In this document: one piece after another, positions 52,651-63,935 of the stretch
Numbering within the stretch: position 1 is the first letter of the stretch
Layout: the number at the start of each line of letters is the position of its first letter
NCBI RefSeq assembly: GCF_006345805.1
Contig: NC_043000.1
Location: 23,064,001-23,128,000 of the forward strand
Direction: 5' to 3'
DNA: 64,000 nucleotides
DNA from: Octopus sinensis
Taxonomy: Eukaryota
The notes under the pieces: model-generated
Database searches by the model: none
The model's input: the letters and a program-made list of their open reading frames with translations, nothing else
What the model was told of the DNA's origin: nothing
Made by a program: the position numbers and the translations under genes

Positions 52651-55600
52651 TTAAGAATATTTACAATAATGGTTCGTATTCAATTTGTTTATTGTCAGAT
52701 AAAGAAGAAGATTGAAGTCTGTGATAACCATGCAAATGATCTCCAGAAAATGTGTATTGTCCCCACGGAATTCCAAGAATTTCTCTACTCTAGTGATCAC
52801 TGTTTTTATGAAAATAGATGGTATGTTTCTTGAGAATTATCTTGAATAGTAGTTAAGTAGAAAATATTATCTAATGTACTTGAGTTTCAATTTCCACTGT
52901 TAACCCTTTTATTACTATCTTTCTATTGAAATACTACCTGTGCATTGTTGTTTTAATTAATTTTGAAAATAATCTGGAATTTTAATAATATAATGGGTAG
53001 AGATCTGGAATAGGTTGCTCACATAAGTTGGATTTTCCCTTTTTTGAAGGGGATTCCAAATGATGTTGGGGAAGCTTTTTATGCAAATAAATTCTTGAAA
53101 ACTTATGAATTTAAGAATTCTATGTAATAGCTTTAGTTTCACTATATGATATCAGATCAAGTAACTTACTTGCCAGAGAGCTACATCTCTGAAACTTTAT
53201 AAGTCTCACCTCATCATTGTTACCATCATCATCATTGGACATTCATCTTCTATGCTGGCATGGGCTGGATGGTTTGATAGGAGCTGGCAAGCCAGAGAGC
53301 TACACCAGGCTCCAACTGCCTGTTTTGGCATGGTTTTTACGACTGGATGCCCTTCCTCACACCAACCTTTTTAAAGTGTACTGGATGCTTTTTTGTGGCA
53401 CCAACACCAGTGGGGGTCACCCAGTAACTTGTGAATCAAAGACCTCTCAGCTGGGAGTAGTGGAACTGAAGGAAGTGGCTTTGTGCGAGGTGAGAAGTAA
53501 AATATAGAGATAGAGACCAGTGTCTTACTATAGATGAGATACTTGGCTACCTCAGTAGGAAAAGAAAGGAGAGGAAGGAGAGATAAGGTTAGAGAGAGAG
53601 AATTAGATAATGCTGGAAATGCATCAGGGCCTATCCACAGGAATTGTGGAGGGGAGTATGAGTGGTACTGAGGTGATTGAGGGGTATGTTCCCTAAGAGT
53701 GTGAGGGGAGTTGTTTAGTGATGGGGAAAAGTTTACTGTAGTGAGTGAGAGTGAGAGAATTTGGAGTACGGACAGATATGGTAGACATGTGAGGGTATGG
53801 AGAGTGTGTAGATAGGCACGTTAGGAAGTGTGTAGGGGTCTGCAGTGGGTGGTGGAATGGTGAGGAGATCTGACAGAGGACAGAGGTTGGGTGGGCATGC
53901 CTGTATGTATGGATGGCCATGGTTTTACTTAGCTTGACACATTTTCTGAAACAGCAAATCACTAGTAGCCTCAGCCTATTGTTATCGCCTCTGGTGAATT
54001 TCAACATTTGAAGATCATTTCTCACCACTTTGTCCCATGTCTTCCACGTCTTAGAAACCAATGCATTGACATGTGTCGCATTAAATATTACAACTGAGAT
54101 AAGGATCTCAGCATAGGGGGCATATGATATAAACAAAGATAATCGTAGTTTCCGCTGTTGTTAAATCGCCAGCTCAGCTTTGATTGTGTAGAAATATGAA
54201 CAAAATACATTCTAGCCATGGCCATCCCATATTTTTAGGAATGTATAGGACTACATTATCTAATACTAGCAGTAGTATTCAACCATGCCTGAGTGTCAGA
54301 AAAAGTCATAAAGCTCAAAATTTTCTTTAAAAATGTGTCCTTATGTAAAATTTCAGTTACTTTGTTGAAAAACTGAAACCTTCAAATTGTTATATATACT
54401 GACTTTTTTTTGGAAGATTTTATATTAAGATTACTTAAAAAAACGGTTTGTATCAATGGACCAAGGGTACTCTCAATCCAGTTGGTAGCAAAATCGTTAA
54501 ATAACAAAAATAGTAGCTTTTCTGGGTTATATGATAAGCCTAAATCATATCATTAATATTAATTAGTCTTATAATTAACACTGCAACAGTGAACTTTTTA
54601 AAGTTATATACCGTATTCTGTAATCTGTATTATATTTTGGAAAATTGTCTGCTAATTTTGTAATTACCTGAAACTGAAGTTTTTATCTATTTTTATTTAA
54701 TAATTTTCTTCTATTTTCTTTTTACAGTTGTAATATTTTATCAGATTTGATGGATATTGCCAAAGAAGTGATGATTTCTTTAATCTCATCCAAACAGCGA
54801 GGTGGTTATACTTCTGTGTATTCCAAATCACAATTCAATGACATACAGAAGTGAGTCAGATTTCCTTTGTAACAGTGTGTTCTTTTGTGTGTATGCAAGC
54901 TCGTGTGTATGTTGTCTAGGGCGGCAAGCTGGCAGAATTGTTAGCACACTGGGCAAAATGCTTAGCAGTATTTTATCTGCCGTTACGTTCTGAGTTCAAA
55001 TTCTGCCGAGGTCGACTTTGCCTTTGATCCTTTCGGGGTCGATTAAATAAGTACCAGTTACGCACTGGGGTCGATATAATTGACTTAATCCATTTGTCTG
55101 TCCTTGTTTGTCCTCTCTATGTTTAACCCCTTGTGGGTAGTAAAGAAATAGCAAGCTCATGTGTATGTGTGTATGTATGCTCATCATCATCATCATCATC
55201 GTTTAACATCCGTTTTTTATGCTGGCATAGGTTGAACAGTTAGCCTGGGGGCTAGCAAGTCAGTAGGCTGCTCCAGGCTCCAATCTGATCTAGCATATGT
55301 CAGTATTTTGAATCTAGTTGTTGAACAGGATCTATTTGACTGATATTGTATGACACTCAAAGGATGTTTAGATCAACCACTAACCTACTTGAGCTCTTTG
55401 TTTTTCATCATCATCATGACGGGGCTAGTCAGGCAGTACTGGCAATGACCTCACTCGAATCTTTTACACAGGCCTCCAGCACAGGTGCCAGTAAGGCAAT
55501 GCTCAGAAATAAAGTCTGCCAATCATCGTAGTTATTGTCATCATGTTTAACATCCACTTTCCCATGCTGGCATGGATCAAACAATTCACTGAAGTAGATT

Positions 55601-58600
55601 TTCTAATGCCCAATGCCCTTCTTGTTTATTACCTCCACCTTAGCATAGGTGGAAGTATTGTTTTCAGTAGCATTTGTTTGTTTGTTTGTCTGTGGACAAG
55701 ATATCTCAAGAACCACTGGATGGATTTGGATGAAACTTTCAGGGATGTTTGTCCTCATAACTGGCATGAACTGATTAGATTTTGGGATTGATCCAGAGTC
55801 TGCATTATTTTTCTGTTTTTTTTTAAATTTTTGTTTCACTTAATTTTTGAGAGCAGTTGGGTTCATTTTCTAGTATTCTCATTTGTGAAAGCAGTCAAGT
55901 TTATTTCAGATATTCTCCTTTTAAAAATCATCTCCAACTTATCATTCAGAGGAGGTTGGTGTGGCCTTGGCAGAGGTTTGCGCTCTCTGAGAGCTCCTGT
56001 AGTGCATAATTCTGAATATGTTACTCTTGTTACTTTCATTTCATTCCCTCCCTCTGCTGGATATATTCTTTTATATAATTATCGCAGAAAGATATTTGTG
56101 TTCTAGAAAGAAAAAAATAATTAACTTATTACATCATATGTAAATAAACAAGTTTGTTTTTGAAGCATTGACATGTATTGTAGAACAAGTAGAAAGATAA
56201 GTTTTTTTCAACACGTAAATACTGAACTGTATAATATGAACATCATCATCATCATCATCGTTTAACATCCGCTTTTCATGCTAGCATGGACTGGACGATT
56301 TGACTGAGGGCTGGCGAACCAGATGGCTGCACCAGGCTTCAATCTTGATCTGGCAGAGTTTCTACAGCTGGATGCCCTTCCTAACACCAACCACTCCGAG
56401 AGTGTAGTGGGTGCTTTTACGTGCCACTGGCACGGGGCCAGTCAGGTGGTACTAGCAACGACCTTGCTCAAATATTTTTACAGGTGCCAGTAAGATGACA
56501 CTGGTAACGATCACGCTTGAATGGTGCCTTTTACGTGCTACCGACACAGAAGCCAGTTAACCACTCTGCCAATGATGATGCTCAGATGGTGCTCTTGGCA
56601 CCCTACTAGCACGGGCACAAGTGCCAGTAAGGTAACGCTGGTAATGATCACACTCGAATGGTGCCTTTTATGTGCCACTGGAACGAAAGCCGGTTAGCTG
56701 CTCTGTCAACGATCACACTTGTATGGTGCTCTTTGCACCCCGCTAGTACGGATGCCAGTCATTGAATTTGATTTTGATTTCACTTATCTCAACAGGTCTT
56801 CGCAAGCAGAGTTTAGTGTCCAAAGAAGGAAAAGGTATGCATATGTGGGCTGGTTACACTCCTGGCATAGGCCACAAGGTTATGGTCTCATTTGGCTTGC
56901 TGGGTCTTCTCACGCACTATAAATACTGAACAGTATATATAAAGGATAAAAATCCTTTTAAGAGCAGAAAAATTTGCCAGCAACCAGGTTGAAAAAAATT
57001 TCTCTTTCTACTTGTTCTATAAATTAAATCAGATGCACTACAACTCATCAGAAAAGGTAGTCAAAAGTGCATAAACAGTGCAGAGAATAATGCACGGGAA
57101 ATGAACAGTGAATGAGTCATTGAAACAAAAGTAGTGGGGGGTGTCAGGGGTACTGTTGGTTGAATTTCAGGAAGCACAGAAGTTTTGAAGGATGAAGCAT
57201 CCTGACACCTAACAACTGATGTGGGTAGTTTATTCCATTCTTCAGTCATTCTGAGTATGAAACAATATTTCCGGAAGTCATGAGTGCTGTGTTGTTTTCT
57301 GATTTTGTGAGCATATCCATGAGTGTTTGACAGATGGAAATCAAAAAGATGCCCAAAGTTGTTGTAGGAAAGATGGTTGATAATTTTGTGGGTGGGGGTC
57401 TACCAAGTCACTTACCAGATGTCGGAGATCTAATGTATCCGTGCCCAGTGAAACAAGGCATTCAGAATATAGCAGATGCATTAACATTATTCTGCTGATC
57501 AACCATAACCTGCAAATCTCTCTCTATATAAAGCTGAAGTTGTCTGTGTATGGCAGGTTTGGTAGCCTTCAACTAACACTGTCTCCTCTGAAACCCTGCA
57601 GCGCAAGTTGACCAAAATTGAGAATATAATAGAAGGCTTGCTCTTCCTTCCGTAGAAGAAAAAATTCAAATTGGACCATGTTAACACCAAAAATTATTTA
57701 CATCAAAAAGATGCTTTTTTTCTATGAAAATCCCTATTTTTTATGATTTTTTTACTGTTGTGTCGCCATTTTTCGGTGTATTTCAACCAGAAAAATGTTC
57801 ACTTAAAGAGAATAACAAGCTACATAATGCAAATTTTTTACTTTTTAAAAATTCCAATTCTAAAGGGTCGAAAAAAACCTGAGCAACGCCGGTTTATACT
57901 GCTGGTTATATATAAAACACAATACAATTGTCACTACCTTTTTTTCCTTTCTCTCTATTTAGAAAACGGTTATCCAAATGTGTACAAGACATTATTAATC
58001 ACACGACAAGGCACTGTTTCCCTATTAATGAGAAAATATTTAAATTATTCAATGAATATCACACGTAAGTACATTCTAAATTATCAAATTATGCTTTTTA
58101 AGACTTTATGTAATACTCTTTTACTCTTTTACTTGTTTCAGTCATTTGACTGCGACCATGCTGGAGCACCACCTTTAGTCGAGCAAATCAATCCCAGGAC
58201 TTATTCTTTGTAAGCCTAGTACTTATTCTATATGTCTCTTTTGCCGAACCGGTAAGTTACAGGGACGTAAACACACCAGCATCAGTTGTCAAGCGATGTT
58301 GTGGGGGACAAACACAGACACACAAACAGACACACACATATACATATATACGACGGGCTTCTTTCAGTTTCCGTCTAGCAGATCCACTCACAAGGCTTTG
58401 GTCGGCCCAAGGCTATAGTAGAAGACACTTGCCCAAGGTTCCACGCAGTGGGACTGAACCCGGAACCATGTGGTTGGTAAGCCAGCTACTTACCACACAG
58501 CCACTCCTTCAACTTCTTACCCCTAATGGGTTTTTTTTTACCCCTTATTGCAAGGAACCAAGTATACTTAGTTCTATGCATGAACACTTGAGGCAAAGGA

Positions 58601-61600
58601 ACCAAGTTCACTCATTTTTTATAATGTTGTACTTTCTGGAATTCTTCAGATTTCATGTTTCATAGTGCACATATTTTATTGTCTTGAAGCCAATAGAAAG
58701 CAGTTGTAAGAGCAGATCTGCGTATGATTAGTGAGTTAAATCACACAAATTTTTTTTTATTGCAGTGAGACTAAAACCACAATCACTGAGAATGAAGTTT
58801 TATGTGAATTGTAGTATAAAGCACGCACACGCATGTGCATGCAACATTGGTTTCAGTATTCTTATCTGTTCAATGCAGAAGTATTTTATTTTATTAGTTC
58901 CTTTAGGTTTTAGCTTCTAATCTACATATTGATGAAATGTCATCATTTTAAAATCCTGTCGGAGGCGCAGTGGCTCAGTGGTTTGGCCAGTAAACTCACG
59001 GTTGTAGGATCGCAGTTTCGATTCCCAGACCAGGCATTAAGAGAGTTTATTGAGCGGAAACACCTAAAGCTCCATGAAGTTGGCGGTGAACCCTGCTGTA
59101 CTATTTCACCAAAACTTTCTCTCACTCTTTCTTCCTGTTTCTGTTGTACTTGAATTTCAAAGGGCCAGCCTTTTCACACTCTGTATCATGCTGAATCTCC
59201 CCGTGAACTATGTTAAGGGTACCCGTGTCTGTAGAGTGCTCAGCCACTTGCACGTTAATAAATGAGCTGCGACATCACTGGTGCCAAGCTGTATCAGCCT
59301 TTGCTTTTCCCTTGGATAACATCATTGGCATGGAGAGGGGAGGCTGGTATGCATGGGTGACTGCTGGTCTTCCATAAACAACCTTGCCCAGACTTTTGCC
59401 TCAGAGGGTAACTTTCTAGGTGCAATCCCATGGTCATTCATGACCGAAGTAGGGTTAAACAACGCAACAAAATCCTGTCAGAGATATTTTAGACGTCAAG
59501 GGACGTTACTCTGCATATTCCGTCAATTGAAAATAAGTACCACTCTTGTTTCATGGTTCTTCAGTTGCTCCATCCAACGTGTAAAAGTGTTATTCAGTAA
59601 TTCAGGCAAATGTCACAAGTTGAAGAAACATTCAGCATATGGCTCAAGGTTCAGTCCCACTGTGTGGCACCTTGGGCAAGTGTCATCTACTATAGCCTCA
59701 GGCCAACCAAAACCTTGTGAGTGGATTTGGCAGAAAGAAACTGAAAGAAGCCTGTTGTGTGTGTATCTTTGTGTCTGTATTTGTCCCCGCCTCTACTTCA
59801 CACCTGCTGTTGGTGTGTTTATGTCCCTGTAACTTAGCTGTTCAGCAAAAGAGATTGATAGAATAAGTACCAGGTTTTAAAAAATTAGGATTGAGGTTGA
59901 TACATTCGACTAAAAATTCTTCAAGACAGGGCCCCAGCATGGCCATACTCTAATGACTGAAACAAGTAAAAAAAAAAAAAAAGGAGTTAACAAATTAACT
60001 TCTGAATCATTTACTTTAATTACTATAAAGCTGAAAGCATGCTTTCATGCAATGTTTCCCTCCCAATGAAAGTTAATTAATTTCTTATATATTAATTAGC
60101 CCCGATGTTATTTCTCTGTTTACTGTTTATGATTACAAGATGTCAAAACATTATTTTCCCAGTGAGTAGAAGTTTTACTAATGCTTTAAGACAATAAAAG
60201 TGGAGAGTTTTTTAAATGATGAGAATGTGAGTCAGGATTAATCACAGCAAGCCTGGTTCAAATGACATCAGTGGACTTGTCTCTGTGGTGAAGAAATAAA
60301 ACAAAGAAATGTGGAGCCTTCATGAAAGATTGTTAAATGATCCTCTGTATTATGGGTGCAATGCTTGAAATTTGGGGGAGAGGATGGTTGATTATAGCAA
60401 CCCCAGTACTTAACTGATATTTAATTTATCGACCCCAAAATTATGAAAAGTAAAGTCGACCTTAGCAGAATCTGAACTCAGAAAGTAGTGACAAGAAAAA
60501 TACCTATTTCTTTACTGCCCACAGGGGGCTACACACAGAGGAGACAAACAAGGACAGACAAACGGATTAAGTCGATTACGTCGACCCCTGTGTGTAACTG
60601 GTACTTAATTTATCTACCCCGAAAGGATGAAAGGTAAATTCAACCTCGGCGGAATTTGAACTCAGAACATAACGGCAGACGAAATACCGCTAAGCATTTC
60701 ACCCAGCGTGCTAATGTTTCTGCCAGCTCGCCACCCTCAGACTGCTAATAATAGCCGTGGATGTAATATGGATAATTTGTATTGACTAGACTATCGGATG
60801 TTGTTATACACCGCTGATCACAATGCACTTCCAAATAATTCATTTCACTAAATCCTCTTTCCATCACCATGGAGGTCTTCCAAATGACCTTTTCCAATCT
60901 CAGCAACTGCACAGGTCTACCTATTGTCTGTGAACCTTGCAACATGTCTGCCTAGCAGAACTTGTACTCTTGTATTTTGTGATCACATTGTTCACACCAC
61001 TGTTCTCAAATGTCCTCATTTTGGATATGCTCTTGCAATGATATTGCTAGCATGAACCTTCCCTTTGGGTTGTAGCCAATTGATGTTCTTCCAATTTTGT
61101 AGATCACATCTCACTTGTGTGTAAAAGCACAGGTAGGACTGTGCGGCAAGCTGGCAGAAACGTTAGCATGCCGGGCGAAATGCATAGCCGTATTTCATCT
61201 GCTGATACATTCAGAGTTCAAATTCCGCCGAGTTCAACTTTGCCTTTCATCTTTTCGGGGTCGATAAATTAAGTACCAGTTATTCACTGGGGTTGATGTA
61301 ATCAACTTAATCCATTTGTCTGTCCTTGTTTGTCCTCTCTATGTTTAGCCCCTTGTGGGTAGTAAAGATACATGTCGGACTGTGCTATTAACACAAGATT
61401 GAATAGACGTGGGAAACGATGAAATTGAGGAGACAAAGGAATATTATCTCCTTGGGACACTTTGTGAATATGTGCCAACCAAGATGCTGAAATCTGGAGG
61501 AGAATAAGGGGAAGATGGAAGATGTTTTCATCAGTAAAAGATGTACACAAAGGAAAAATGACCTACTCTTTATAAATTTTAAGCAAAAATCAGCTGTAGG

Positions 61601-62845
61601 AATTTTTAGTGATTTAGTATATTAAAACCACAAAGCTGAAGGAACTTCAGTGTGGTGAGATGTTGATAACATTTACATGAGTTAGTGTGCGGTAGATACT
61701 TAGTTAACCCTTATGTTATTGTATTTATTTTGAGATGCTCTGTGTTTATTTCAATTACTTTAAATATAACAAAGAATTTAGTAAAATGACTTCGTTATCA
61801 TTAAACTAGTGTTAGGAATATAGATTGTGACTAAGGTTTGGTGGAAGATTTTTATTCAAAACTTATGAAAACAAAACATTTGTATTACAGAACCAAAGCT
61901 GGTTTCAGCCGGGTTAGTATTGAAAGGGTTAATATTGTTTTCTTACTTAGGCGCAGGACTTCAAATTTGGGATAAGGGAGCAATCACTGATATCAACCTC
62001 ACTACATGACAGATATTTTATTTTATCAACCCTGACAGAATGTCAGGTGATGTTGACTTTTGTAGGATTTGAACTCAGAGCATAAATATAAAGTTTTAGA
62101 TGCTTGACCTTATCTGTCACCCAGTTTAGCACCACCATCTGGCTCTGGTTCTCTGGTGGGAGTGCACTTATTTGCAAGCATTGAGACCAGGTCTGTAGTC
62201 TGAGGCTAACTGCCTCCCACTGTTTGTGGTGTTTTTAGATACTAGCTTTATTCCTCTGACTGAGTTCATAGCAAAAATAAAACTGCTAAAAATGTAATTA
62301 TGAAATAAAGAGGGAATTTACCGGAATCTGAAGCAAGTGGACTAAGTACAAAAGTGAAAGAGGGAAAGAGAGCTATAGCAAAGTTTATTCAAGACAACAA
62401 AGTCAAATTCGATAGATACAGTTTCGATTTAAGAGGAATCAGATTAGTATACAAGAAGGAATACTGCACAGGTATGAACCTGTGATGCATATGAAGGATG
62501 AGAGGTTGGTAAGGAACTGCCAGGTGATCCATGTGGATGGAGAATGCAAAAGCGGAAGGTAAGAGATACCGAGCTCTGATACTAGAATATTGGACTTTAC
62601 AAAGGAGATAATAAGGTACTGCAACATGTGGCAGAAAGGTGTGTTGTAGTTGGCCAACTCTGGCTTTTAAAGTCAATTGTTGAACAGTTCTTGTAGGCTA
62701 TGGTGTTTTTATCATGTTTTTATTTAACTTTTATTTCTCATTTTCCCCTTCCCCTATTTTCTTCTAATCTCATATTTTTTTCTTTCTGATACTCACTCAC
62801 TCACACACACAAAACACACACACCACACACACACACTCTCACTCA

Positions 62846-62883
<38 letters not shown>

Positions 62884-62912
62884 CTCTCCTCTCTCCTCTC
62901 TCTCTCTCTCTC

Positions 62913-62995
<83 letters not shown>

Positions 62996-62997
62996 TC

Positions 62998-63031
<34 letters not shown>

Positions 63032-63206
63032 ATACCTTGATAAACCAATGTGTGGCATTATCTTTCTTTTATGACAAATTTCAAAAATATGTTGTTTTCT
63101 AATCAGAGATTATCTGGAAACCGACCGACAGCTAAGTGAGATGCATGAAGAAACCAAAAGCCTTACTGAAAATATCCAGGAATTAAATAGCTGCTTAACA
63201 AACCCT
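25855..63206 (+). CDS. TBK1: TBK1/IKK-epsilon-family Ser/Thr kinase, 15 coding exons, 3' end beyond the window (665 aa so far)
   Basis: Exons joined by hand: 25855-25956, 28995-29135, 31819-31948, 35807-35894, 37351-37441, 38819-38973, 40473-40583, 41724-41903, 44705-44910, 48173-48317, 50532-50730, 52699-52820, 54728-54850, 57963-58064, 63107-63206. All are AG/GT with matching phases and no stop. Motifs: [65 protein letters not shown], then ULD (QRLLYEG). The single-Ser loop SLxGTEEYLHPD marks the TBK1/IKKe branch, not IKKa/b. The symbol denotes the family; ortholog versus paralog is unresolved. Confidence 0.92.
26035..27062 (-). mobile_element. R4/Dong-like retrotransposon fragment (RT domain), older copy
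   Basis: [58 protein letters not shown]; frameshifted. Confidence 0.85.
27113..28870 (-). mobile_element. 5'-truncated R4/Dong-like retrotransposon (RT C-terminus, CCHC, RLE, 3' UTR)
   Basis: HLFYMDDLK; 270-aa ORF 27285-28097 with CRFC...HLISGC, RHD, KPDIV and IDMSIP...K..KY; (TAA)n on both sides. Confidence 0.9.
28995..29135 (+). CDS. TBK1: Coding exon 2, subdomains II-IV ([11 protein letters not shown]...[13 protein letters not shown])
   Basis: ccag|TTG...GAG|gtaatg; 141 nt, phase 0-0; contains the catalytic Lys and alphaC Glu. Confidence 0.95.
30457..31314 (+). mobile_element. Internally deleted Tc1/mariner element, DD37D (maT)-like
   Basis: Imperfect TIRs CAGGGTGTG... / ...CACACCCTG+TA; remnant [21 protein letters not shown]...WPPNSP..LDYYV. 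Confidence 0.85.
31819..31948 (+). CDS. TBK1: Coding exon 3, hinge ([43 protein letters not shown])
   Basis: tacag|AAC...ATTG|gtaagt; 130 nt, phase 0-1. Confidence 0.95.
32697..32930. repeat. ~24-bp minisatellite with 48-bp dimer periodicity
   Basis: tggcaccagcatgggtgctttata/tttttaca units. Confidence 0.85.
34735..34950 (+). mobile_element. 5'-truncated RTE LINE (216 bp) with TSD
   Basis: [22 protein letters not shown]...HPG*, (AAG) tail; 12-bp TSD ATCTACAAGATT at 34723 and 34951. Confidence 0.85.
35807..35894 (+). CDS. TBK1: Coding exon 4, catalytic loop ([28 protein letters not shown])
   Basis: accag|TT...AA|gtaagt; 88 nt, phase 1-2. Confidence 0.95.
35900..36092. repeat. (TA)n/(TATG)n microsatellite starting just after the exon 4 donor
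   Basis: Direct reading. Confidence 0.95.
37351..37441 (+). CDS. TBK1: Coding exon 5, DFG and activation loop ([30 protein letters not shown])
   Basis: ttctag|A...CTG|gtttgt; 91 nt, phase 2-0. Confidence 0.95.
38819..38973 (+). CDS. TBK1: Coding exon 6 (HPDIYQSV...[30 protein letters not shown])
   Basis: ttttag|CAT...AT|gtaagt; 155 nt, phase 0-2. Confidence 0.95.
40473..40583 (+). CDS. TBK1: Coding exon 7 ([36 protein letters not shown])
   Basis: ttcag|G...CT|gtaagt; 111 nt, phase 2-2; SG.Q...IEWS motif of the family. Confidence 0.93.
41724..41903 (+). CDS. TBK1: Coding exon 8, end of kinase domain and start of ULD ([15 protein letters not shown]...HLYLKPTD)
   Basis: ttcag|T...TG|gtttgt; 180 nt, phase 2-2. 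Confidence 0.92.
42258..42345 (+). repeat. Degenerate (TTAGGG)n telomere-like tract
   Basis: ttttagggttagggttaagg repeated several times. Confidence 0.85.
43060..43255 (+). mobile_element. 5'-truncated RTE LINE nested in a SINE
   Basis: [16 protein letters not shown]...RPG*, (AAGTA) tail; 13-bp TSD TAAATAAGTACCA at 43047 and 43256. Confidence 0.88.
44255..44650 (+). mobile_element. tRNA-derived CORE-type SINE (representative)
   Basis: A-box-like tggctgtgtgg, B-box-like ggttcagtccc, CORE-like ccttggg.aagt. Other approximate copies: 1882-2235+, 16245-16635+, 32094-32515+, 32973-33305-, 38330-38745-, 49365-49790-, 49890-50225-, 58123-58510-, 59640-59970+. Confidence 0.85.
44705..44910 (+). CDS. 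TBK1: Coding exon 9, ubiquitin-like domain (FSEVQKKLE...[10 protein letters not shown]...LHEEA)
   Basis: ttttag|C...G|gtaagt; 206 nt, phase 2-1. Confidence 0.9.
45240..45540 (-). mobile_element. RTE-type LINE 3' fragment
   Basis: [19 protein letters not shown]...[18 protein letters not shown]. Confidence 0.75.
47753..48090. repeat. 20-21-bp minisatellite (~16-17 units)
   Basis: cacagggatcacaactaca(g/tg) units directly adjacent to each other. Confidence 0.92.
48173..48317 (+). CDS. TBK1: Coding exon 10, start of scaffold domain ([24 protein letters not shown]...KHL)
   Basis: ttcag|AG...AG|gtatgg; 145 nt, phase 1-2. Confidence 0.87.
48360..48722 (+). mobile_element. SINE-like repeat with (ATG)n tail and internal tandem subunits (representative)
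   Basis: Ends in ccaacccatgctagcatggaaagcggacgttaaacgatgatgat. Other approximate copies: 17270-17760-, 19426-19886+, 36095-36325-, 41090-41500-, 46090-46482+, 47518-47750-, 49030-49215+, 50815-51250-, 56245-56920-. Confidence 0.8.
50532..50730 (+). CDS. TBK1: Coding exon 11 ([10 protein letters not shown]...SQLVHK)
   Basis: ttccag|G...AAG|gtgaga; 199 nt, phase 2-0; open frame within the 50353-50781 ORF. Confidence 0.85.
52057..52375 (+). mobile_element. Mariner-derived MITE
   Basis: TA-CAGG...CCTG-TA ends; C-terminal remnant [13 protein letters not shown]. Confidence 0.65.
52391..52605 (+). mobile_element. Penelope-LTR-like ~200-bp element with a degenerate hammerhead motif
   Basis: Same family as 20391-20610 and 63767-63935; flanked by (TA)n. 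Confidence 0.65.
52699..52820 (+). CDS. TBK1: Coding exon 12 ([12 protein letters not shown]...HCFYENR)
   Basis: gtcag|ATA...TG|gtatgt; 122 nt, phase 0-2. Confidence 0.87.
54728..54850 (+). CDS. TBK1: Coding exon 13 ([14 protein letters not shown]...SQFNDIQ)
   Basis: ttacag|T...AA|gtgagt; 123 nt, phase 2-2. Confidence 0.82.
54918..55150 (+). mobile_element. tRNA-derived SINE with Meta-like central domain (representative)
   Basis: gagttcaaattc B-box; gccttt.atcctttcggggtcgat...aagtaccag core. Other approximate copies: 14340-14650- (tandem pair), 23790-23970-, 36700-36890-, 40703-40915+, 42920-43365+, 60500-60735-, 61140-61370+. Confidence 0.8.
55630..56003 (+). mobile_element. Helentron/HINE-like element
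   Basis: 5' palindrome TACCTCCACCT/AGGTGGAAGTA, (GTTT)n, sub-terminal ccttggcagaggt. Confidence 0.55.
57963..58064 (+). CDS. TBK1: Coding exon 14 ([33 protein letters not shown])
   Basis: Long pyrimidine tract, tttag|A...AC|gtaagt; 102 nt, phase 2-2. Confidence 0.87.
61415..61560 (+). mobile_element. Degenerate RTE RT-thumb fragment
   Basis: [12 protein letters not shown] / [13 protein letters not shown] across a frameshift. Confidence 0.5.
62845..63030. repeat. (CT)n microsatellite upstream of exon 15
   Basis: Direct reading. Confidence 0.95.
63107..63206 (+). CDS. TBK1: Coding exon 15, coiled-coil ([33 protein letters not shown])
   Basis: aatcag|A...CCT|gtaagt; 100 nt, phase 2-0; no stop. 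Confidence 0.82.
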
Positions 63207-63766
63207 GTAAGTATATTTCTCAATTAATCCATACATTATACCTGAAAAATTAATCCACACTATAGGCACAGACATGGCTGTGTTGTTAAGAGGCTTGCTT
63301 CCTAACCATATGGTCTCAGGTTCAGTCCTACAGTGTGGCACCTTGTGAATGTGTCTTCCATTACAGCCCCAAGTTAATCAAACTCTTGTGACTGAATTTG
63401 GTTGACTGCGACTGGAACAAGCTTGTGTGAGTGTGTCTGTACCCTGTTCATTTGAGGGGTCTTAACTTGCAAGTACTTAGCGATCTCACTGGTGCTGGTA
63501 CCATGTAAAAAGCACTCAGTACACTCTGATTGTGTCAGGAAGGACATCCAGCTGCAGGAACCATACTACAGCAGATATAGAATCTGGCATGGGTTGGACA
63601 GTTTGACAGGAGCTGGCCAGGTAGAAGACTACACCAAGCTACTGTGTCTGTTTTGGCATGGGTTTTACCATTGGATGCCCTTCCTAATACAAACCACCCC
63701 ATAGCGTGGACTATATATACATATATATATATAGATAGATAGATACTCACACACACACATATATAT

Positions 63767-63935
63767 GTGACCGCGTGTGTATCATTGGCAATTTTTTTTT
63801 CTCCGTCTTCCCTTCCTTGGATCTTTCCTTTTCCTATGTTTCTGACGTAGAGCTCCGCTCAAAACATTAAATCCTCCTTCTTTCTTTCCTTTCCTGAGCG
63901 TCCAATAACACTATACTTGTTCCACGTCCCCTGTG
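63767..63935 (+). mobile_element. Penelope-LTR-like element with a decayed hammerhead motif
   Basis: ctgacgtagagctccgctcaaaacattaaat at 63842-63872; same flanks as the other copies. Confidence 0.65.

Noticed and set aside
54728-54801. Shorter exon 13 ending at G|gtggtt
   Set aside because: The frame stays open to the stronger gtgagt at 54851, whose phase 2 matches exon 14.
57743-58213. 156-aa + strand ORF
   Set aside because: It is a chance frame through a HINE-like element and a SINE, and it overlaps exon 14 in a different frame.
58666-58705. 40-nt AG/GT-bounded pseudo-exon
   Set aside because: Its phase-1 start is incompatible with exon 14's phase-2 end, and it has no homology to the family.
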